Assembly (NCBI GenBank): GCA_963771405.1
Contig: CAVYUL010000106.1
Coordinates: 22,725 to 86,724, forward strand
DNA from: Bryobacterales bacterium
GTDB lineage: Bacteria > Acidobacteriota > Terriglobia > Bryobacterales > Bryobacteraceae
Length of the DNA stretch: 64,000 nucleotides
Direction: 5' to 3'
The notes below the pieces were generated by a model. That model ran no database searches and was not told where the DNA came from. It saw only the letters and a program-made list of their open reading frames with translations. Positions 58,967 through 64,000 of this stretch are shown piece after piece (the first letter of the stretch is position 1; every line of letters begins with the position of its first letter). The position numbers and the translations under genes are program-made.

Positions 58967-59998
58967 ATGAAAGAGATCGCTCAGATTCTCGACTTGTGGT
59001 CTTCCCTTTCGGCTGCGGGTGAAGAAGCGGTACTTGCGACCGTGGTGAAAACCCAAGGCTCTTCTTACCGGCTTCCGGGCGCCAGATTGCTGCTGACGAA
59101 ACATGGCCAGCGTGTGGGTGCGATCAGCGGCGGTTGCCTGGAAGACGATGTTGTTAAGAAAGCGTGGTGGTTGACGGAGAAAGGGCCGATTGTCCGGCGG
59201 TATGACACCACGCCGGATAACGAGATTTCGACTAGCGGCTATGGCCTTGGATGCAGTGGCATCGTCTACGTTCTGATGGAGCGTGTCAAACCAGGCCACG
59301 CTGAAATTCTGGATCTTATTCGCCAAGTGCGAACCAGCCGGAAAGCTGTCGCGGTCGGCCATGTCTTGCAGCCAGAAGCCGAAGTTGGGCGTCGTTTGTT
59401 CGACGTTGCCGAGTTCGAAGCGGAGGGTCGGGAAGTGTTCGTAGAAACGCTTCGCCCGGCGGTACGTCTACTGGTTTTCGGGGCGGGTGACGACGCGGTT
59501 CCTTTGACAGACACGGCAAAATATCTGGGCTGGCAGGTAGAAGTTTTCGATGGCCGTTCGCATTACGCGCGCCGCGAGAAGTTTCCGAATGCCGATGCAG
59601 TGACGGTCCGCGCGGTGGGCGGTCCATTGCCGCCGGTCGATCCCTGGACCGTTGCGGTGCTTATGTCCCACAGCTACAGTCAAGATCTGGATGCCTTGCG
59701 CGAACTCGCCGACCTGCCGCTGGCGTATCTCGGCATTCTTGGACCGAACAAGCGAACCAACCAATTGCTGGAAGATGCCGGTTTGCGGCGTGAGAACATG
59801 CATGCCAAACTGCACGGGCCCATGGGCCTGGATATCGGCGCGGACGGTCCGGAACAAGTCGCGTTGGCCGTGATCGCTGAAATTCAAGCGAGCCTGAATG
59901 GCCGGCCGGGTGGAACGTTGAGCGCGTACGATGGCTCCATTCACGCACGCGATCTTGATCCTGCCACAGCCTGGACGCGCTCTATTGTTTGTGCCTAG
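58967..59998 (+). CDS. XdhC/CoxI-family molybdenum-hydroxylase maturation factor
   Basis: 343 aa. N-terminal ATVVKTQGSSYRLPGARLL...ISGGCLE and a Rossmann-like LLVFGAGDDAVPL. Confidence 0.8.
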   Translation: MKEIAQILDLWSSLSAAGEEAVLATVVKTQGSSYRLPGARLLLTKHGQRVGAISGGCLEDDVVKKAWWLTEKGPIVRRYDTTPDNEISTSGYGLGCSGIVYVLMERVKPGHAEILDLIRQVRTSRKAVAVGHVLQPEAEVGRRLFDVAEFEAEGREVFVETLRPAVRLLVFGAGDDAVPLTDTAKYLGWQVEVFDGRSHYARREKFPNADAVTVRAVGGPLPPVDPWTVAVLMSHSYSQDLDALRELADLPLAYLGILGPNKRTNQLLEDAGLRRENMHAKLHGPMGLDIGADGPEQVALAVIAEIQASLNGRPGGTLSAYDGSIHARDLDPATAWTRSIVCA

Positions 59999-60005
59999 AA
60001 CATTC

Positions 60006-60782
60006 ATGAAATCAATACTGCTTGTTGCCCTGTTTACCTCTGTGCTGCCGGCGCAAACCAACAAGGCGAAAGATGTGATCGATCAATGCGTCAAAGCTCT
60101 TGGCGGCGATCATTTCCTGAACATGCGCACGCTTCACGAAGGCGGACGCATCTACGGCTTTTTCCACGACCGTCTTGTGGGCTATGACATTGCCAACATC
60201 TACACGCAGTATCTGGACGATAAAGATCTAAAGGTGCACCTTCGCGAGCGGCAGGTGCTTGGCAAGCATCAGGACTACTCTTATCTCTATCTTTCGGATC
60301 AAGCGTTTGACATTACCTTCCGCGGGGCTCGGCCGATTGAAGACGAAAAGTGGAACGCCTACGCGCGCACCACCACCAACGACATCCTTTATTGGCTGCG
60401 TTTCCGTTACAACGAGCCGGGCATGCAGTATGACTACATCGGCAATCAGGTGCTGATTACCAATCACGTGGATGTGGTGGATATTACGGATGCAAACGAC
60501 CACACCATCCGGGTCTATTTCGACTACAACACGAAGCTGCCGGTGCGGGAGAGCTTTGAGTGGCTTGACCCGGATACCAAAGAGCACAACGACGAGGTGA
60601 CCGATTTCGATAAATGGCGCGACGGCGGCGATGGCGTAATGTGGCCTTGGGTGATAGAACGGGCCCGCAATGGTTATAAGTTCTTTCAAATGTTTGCGAA
60701 CAAAGTGGAAATCGACGGCGAGTTACCGGCGGATATTTTTGAACTGCCGAAGGGCGCGCAGATCCTAAGGAAGGTAAATTGA
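60006..60782 (+). CDS. Secreted hypothetical protein
   Basis: ATG 60006 gives signal peptide MKSILLVALFTSVLPAQT; the ORF track start is 59931. No family recognised. Confidence 0.4.
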   Translation: MKSILLVALFTSVLPAQTNKAKDVIDQCVKALGGDHFLNMRTLHEGGRIYGFFHDRLVGYDIANIYTQYLDDKDLKVHLRERQVLGKHQDYSYLYLSDQAFDITFRGARPIEDEKWNAYARTTTNDILYWLRFRYNEPGMQYDYIGNQVLITNHVDVVDITDANDHTIRVYFDYNTKLPVRESFEWLDPDTKEHNDEVTDFDKWRDGGDGVMWPWVIERARNGYKFFQMFANKVEIDGELPADIFELPKGAQILRKVN

Positions 60783-60818
60783 TACAATTCAAAATAAGTA
60801 ATTCTGCGCGTTAGCGCC

Positions 60819-61748
60819 ATGGATCTAGATCAGCTTCACACTTTCCTTGAGATCGTGCGTCTCAAGAGTTTCTCGAAAGCGGCTCAGACCTGTTATCGTA
60901 CGCAGCCAGCGATCAGCGCCCAAGTGCGGCAGCTGGAACTGGAGCTCAACACCACGCTGTTTGAGCGCTACGGTACCCGGATCTCTTTGACGGTCGCCGG
61001 ACGGATACTCGCTGAGCATGCAGAGCAGATCCTCGCCTTGCGGCGCAAAGTTCAGGACGCGATTAACGAGTTGGAACGGGTGCCGCGCGGCGAATTGGTC
61101 ATCGCCGCCAACGAGGCGACCTGCATCTACGTCTTGCCTGGAGTTTTCGCCGAGTTCAAGAAGCAATTTCCCAACGTGCAACTGCTGGTGGATCGTTCGT
61201 ACGGAACCCGCGTGGTGCAAGCTGTGCTTGATAACCTGGCCGATTTCGGCATTACGCAGCTTCCGGTGCAGGAAAAGAAACTGCAAGTAGTGAAGATTCA
61301 TTCCGACGAAATCAAACTCTTGCTTCCGCCGGGCCATCGGCTGGCGCAACAAGGTCGCGTGATGCCCGCCGATCTGTTAGGCGAACAGCTTCTGCTGCCA
61401 AAAACCGGCACGACGCGCGCGCGGATTAACGCTTGGCTGGATGGGGTGCACGAGGAACTGAATGTTTCCATGGAACTGGATTCCACGGAAATGATCAAAC
61501 GTTTCGTGATGGCGAATTTGGGCATTTCGTTTCTGGCGGCATCGCACTGCCAGGAAGAGGAAGCGGACGGAAAGCTGAGTTGCGTTCCGCTTGGGCCGGA
61601 ACCGATGATTCGGCGGGTAGGCCTGATCTATCGTAAAGATAAGTCCTTATCTAAGGCAGCTCTGGGTTTCATCCAGGTCACCCTAGACCATGCTGGGAAC
61701 GAAGTTGGTATATTTCAATCGGTGAGGCTTCGCGCCTCTGGAACTTAA
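60819..61748 (+). CDS. LysR-family transcriptional regulator
   Basis: 309 aa. MDLDQLHTFLEIVRLKSFSKAAQTCYRTQPAISAQVRQLELEL winged-HTH followed by a LysR substrate-binding domain. Confidence 0.9.
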   Translation: MDLDQLHTFLEIVRLKSFSKAAQTCYRTQPAISAQVRQLELELNTTLFERYGTRISLTVAGRILAEHAEQILALRRKVQDAINELERVPRGELVIAANEATCIYVLPGVFAEFKKQFPNVQLLVDRSYGTRVVQAVLDNLADFGITQLPVQEKKLQVVKIHSDEIKLLLPPGHRLAQQGRVMPADLLGEQLLLPKTGTTRARINAWLDGVHEELNVSMELDSTEMIKRFVMANLGISFLAASHCQEEEADGKLSCVPLGPEPMIRRVGLIYRKDKSLSKAALGFIQVTLDHAGNEVGIFQSVRLRASGT

Positions 61749-61778
61749 GGTGGGAACGGACGATAAAACCGACGGGCT

Positions 61779-62159
61779 ATGGCACAGCTAACCGCGCGCA
61801 CTTCAACCATATTTATAGCGACAGGTGATGACACCAAGGTGTATCACTCGGTGGAGGATGTGCCGCAGCCGTTGCGCCAGAAGCTCCTCCAATGTACCCG
61901 GGGCATAAATTCCGCCACGATCCTGATTGCCGATAAGCAGGGCAGGGAAGAACTGGTCCGCGCTTTGCAAGGCAGGCCGAGTGAAGTCCAGTGCCGGTTA
62001 GTGGACAATCTTCGCACGCGTCCCGAGAAAACCCGCGAAGAGGAGCCGAAGAACGAGCAATCGATTTGGCGCTCGATGCGTTTTTGGCTGGAACTTTTGC
62101 TGCCGGTTGCGGCAGGGGCATCGCTGTTGGCGTTTTTCGAATCGCGGCTGCTGTCGTAG
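61779..62159 (+). CDS. Hypothetical protein with C-terminal TM helix
   Basis: 126-aa ORF. C-terminal WLELLLPVAAGASLLAFF. No family recognised. Confidence 0.3.
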   Translation: MAQLTARTSTIFIATGDDTKVYHSVEDVPQPLRQKLLQCTRGINSATILIADKQGREELVRALQGRPSEVQCRLVDNLRTRPEKTREEEPKNEQSIWRSMRFWLELLLPVAAGASLLAFFESRLLS

Positions 62160-62209
62160 CGTGAGCGCGGCGGTTTTTCAGAGAATTAGCCTAAAAGGTT
62201 CGCACTTTA

Positions 62210-62593
62210 TTGTCGATGAGAGTTGTGATGACCTCATTTGGCGAAAATCCCCAGCGTGCTTTATTAAAGATTCCCACCGGCGAACCGAATGGTTCCAAGC
62301 ATGAAATTCCTTGTACGTTCGATGGAATGGAAGGGAAGCAGCTTCGTTTAGAATCACCCGAACGGATCAGCATCTCGGCTGCCGTGAGCGTGGAATATAG
62401 TGATGCCATGTTCCTAGGCGAGGTCATTGGCTGTCAGAGAGGAACGGGCGGAAACTGGGAACTGAATATTAAAGTAGATCAAATTCTCACGGGCTTACAA
62501 AGCCTCTGTGCTCTGCGGGCGCAGTTGCTGGGCGAAGGAATGCCAGTGGCGAATCGCGGATTCTCACCGGTGACCGGCTCCCAATTGAACTAG
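62210..62593 (+). CDS. Hypothetical protein (PilZ-like is only a guess)
   Basis: 127-aa ORF whose 3' end overlaps the convergent permease gene by 4 nt. Confidence 0.3.
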   Translation: MSMRVVMTSFGENPQRALLKIPTGEPNGSKHEIPCTFDGMEGKQLRLESPERISISAAVSVEYSDAMFLGEVIGCQRGTGGNWELNIKVDQILTGLQSLCALRAQLLGEGMPVANRGFSPVTGSQLN

Positions 62594-64000
62594 TCTGCGC
62601 GTAAGGCTGTGGCGGCGTCGGTACGGACGGCGCGGCGGCACGGAATTACGGCGGCCAAACAGACGCACGCGAGAGCGAGGACGGCCGCACCGATGAACGA
62701 GGGTGCGTCTAGCGGTTCGACCGCGTACAAAAAGTGCTTCGTGAACCGAAGCGCCACGGCGGCGGCAAATAAGCCAGCCAATAATCCCACCCCAACGGCC
62801 AAACTCATGCGGCCACATACGGTCTTAACGATCTGCTGAAAGTCAGCCCCGATGGCAATTCGGATACCGAGTTCGCGCCGCCGGCGAACGACGGAGAAAG
62901 CGAGTGTGCCATACAAGCCGAGAGCGGCCAGGAGCAGTGCAATCAGACTGAAGAATGCGGCCAGACGGGCGACTAGTTTCTCCTGCCAGATGGTAGCCTG
63001 GACTTCTTGTTCGAGCAGCTGTTCTTCAATGATAGGCACGCCGCCGCCTGCTTTGCGCACAACTTGTTCGGCTGCTTTCATGACTCTGGCGGGTTCACCT
63101 TCGGTTCGTATGAACATCACCAATCGCCCCTGCTTAGCGTTCGGAAGCAACGAGTAGAAGATGGGCGGAGAGGGTTCCTGCAAGCGGCGGAACTTGGCAG
63201 TTTCGGCAAGTCCGACGACCGTCATAGTGGCCGACTTGCTGCCATCGTTTCCGGGAACGATACCCTGACCGATTGGATTTTGGTTCGGGAACAAGGAGTC
63301 GGCTAAAGCGCGGTTAATGACGACGGGCTGGAGCTTGGCGTTTACGTCCGTTGAATACAGTTTTCGACCGGCGAGTAACGGGATTCCCAAGGCGTCGAAG
63401 TAGCTGGGCGTAACGGCGGCCAAACTGGTGTTCATGAAAAGCCGTTCTGATTTGACGGCGCCGGGGATGGTGACCGTGGTTTTGAAACCGCTGCCGCGCA
63501 TCAGGCCCAGCGTTGAAAATGCTACCGAACGAACACCAGGAAGCTGGAGGGCCTTGCTTTCGAGCTCCCTTTGATAAGCATTGGCCTGCGCGTCGGTAAA
63601 ACCGGCACGATCAAGGCCGAGTGTGAAACTGAAGACGTGCGCGCGGTCAAAGCCCGGATTCAAGGCTTCGAGGCTCCAATAGTTGCGGAGCATGAGCGCG
63701 CCGCTCGCGAGCAGCAAAACGCTGATCATGACTTGCACCGCAACGGGCATCAATGCAGCAAGCGAATGCGATTTGGGTCTCGTGGTTCCTTTCAACTCGC
63801 CGTTGATATCGAGGCGCGTCGCTCGCCAAGCCGGGATCAGGCCGAAGAGACAGAGGCTTGCGACGAGCAGCAGCCAGGTGAAAAGCAGGACGCGCGAATC
63901 GATCGAAACGGTCAAGATTGGGGGGCTAGCGAATTGATCCAAGCTGCGGACCGGCGGCAAGATCCGCAGCAGCATCGGAGCAAGGATATAACCCAGAAAC
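62590..64000 (-). CDS. FtsX/MacB-like ABC transporter permease (ADOP-type duplicated permease), 5'-partial at the window edge
   Basis: C-terminal FtsX signature RRRELGIRIAIGADFQQIV...LYAVEPLDAPSF...IPCRRAVRTDAATALRAD. The frame stays open upstream of the listed Met to nt 64000 (FLGYILAP...), so the gene continues beyond the window. Confidence 0.8.
   Translation of the reverse strand, partial: FLGYILAPMLLRILPPVRSLDQFASPPILTVSIDSRVLLFTWLLLVASLCLFGLIPAWRATRLDINGELKGTTRPKSHSLAALMPVAVQVMISVLLLASGALMLRNYWSLEALNPGFDRAHVFSFTLGLDRAGFTDAQANAYQRELESKALQLPGVRSVAFSTLGLMRGSGFKTTVTIPGAVKSERLFMNTSLAAVTPSYFDALGIPLLAGRKLYSTDVNAKLQPVVINRALADSLFPNQNPIGQGIVPGNDGSKSATMTVVGLAETAKFRRLQEPSPPIFYSLLPNAKQGRLVMFIRTEGEPARVMKAAEQVVRKAGGGVPIIEEQLLEQEVQATIWQEKLVARLAAFFSLIALLLAALGLYGTLAFSVVRRRRELGIRIAIGADFQQIVKTVCGRMSLAVGVGLLAGLFAAAVALRFTKHFLYAVEPLDAPSFIGAAVLALACVCLAAVIPCRRAVRTDAATALRAD

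Overview
By gene content, this 64-kb chromosomal window looks like an Acidobacteriota (Terriglobia-type) genome. That is an inference from the CarboxypepD_reg-type TonB receptor, the ADOP/FtsX permease, the ASPIC/UnbV FG-GAP protein and the many TPR and secreted glycosidase-like proteins. I saw no rRNA, tRNA or CRISPR array.

The window has three parts.

(1) 1-18 kb is core genome. It holds htrA, lon, a BNR/Asp-box propeller, a beta-helix protein, a sulfatase-like-TPR fusion, TPR proteins, a CRTAC1-like protein and a TonB-dependent receptor.

(2) About 18.6-32.3 kb is an accessory, decaying patch:
- gene relics (SDR, GH1 beta-glucosidase, HNH endonuclease);
- a PP2C phosphatase and a flavodoxin-like protein;
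- a complete IS3-family element (24368-25950);
- an orphan RHH antitoxin;
- a tightly coupled five-gene operon (27464-30509).

The operon encodes only membrane or coiled-coil proteins and ends in a DUF4407 protein. I recognise no enzymatic domain in it. It is my best candidate for an undescribed system, possibly a membrane-acting or defence-like module, but that function is inference only.

(3) 32.3-64 kb is core catabolic genome:
- a propeller-phosphoesterase and a GH63-like glucosidase;
- a two-subunit Mo-hydroxylase;
- a PQQ dehydrogenase with a dihaem cytochrome c;
- an aldarate cluster (garD, gudD, uxuA-like, kdgD);
- hicBA;
- an arabinose-type module (SSS transporter, fucose-isomerase-family enzyme, araB, araD);
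- xdhC, a LysR regulator and a partial FtsX permease.

Two core genes carry frame anomalies. In lon, a compensated +1/-1 indel pair puts exactly the catalytic-Ser block out of frame. The TonB receptor is split by a single-base frameshift. These could be assembly errors or real lesions.

All family assignments come from motif recall. No searches were run.
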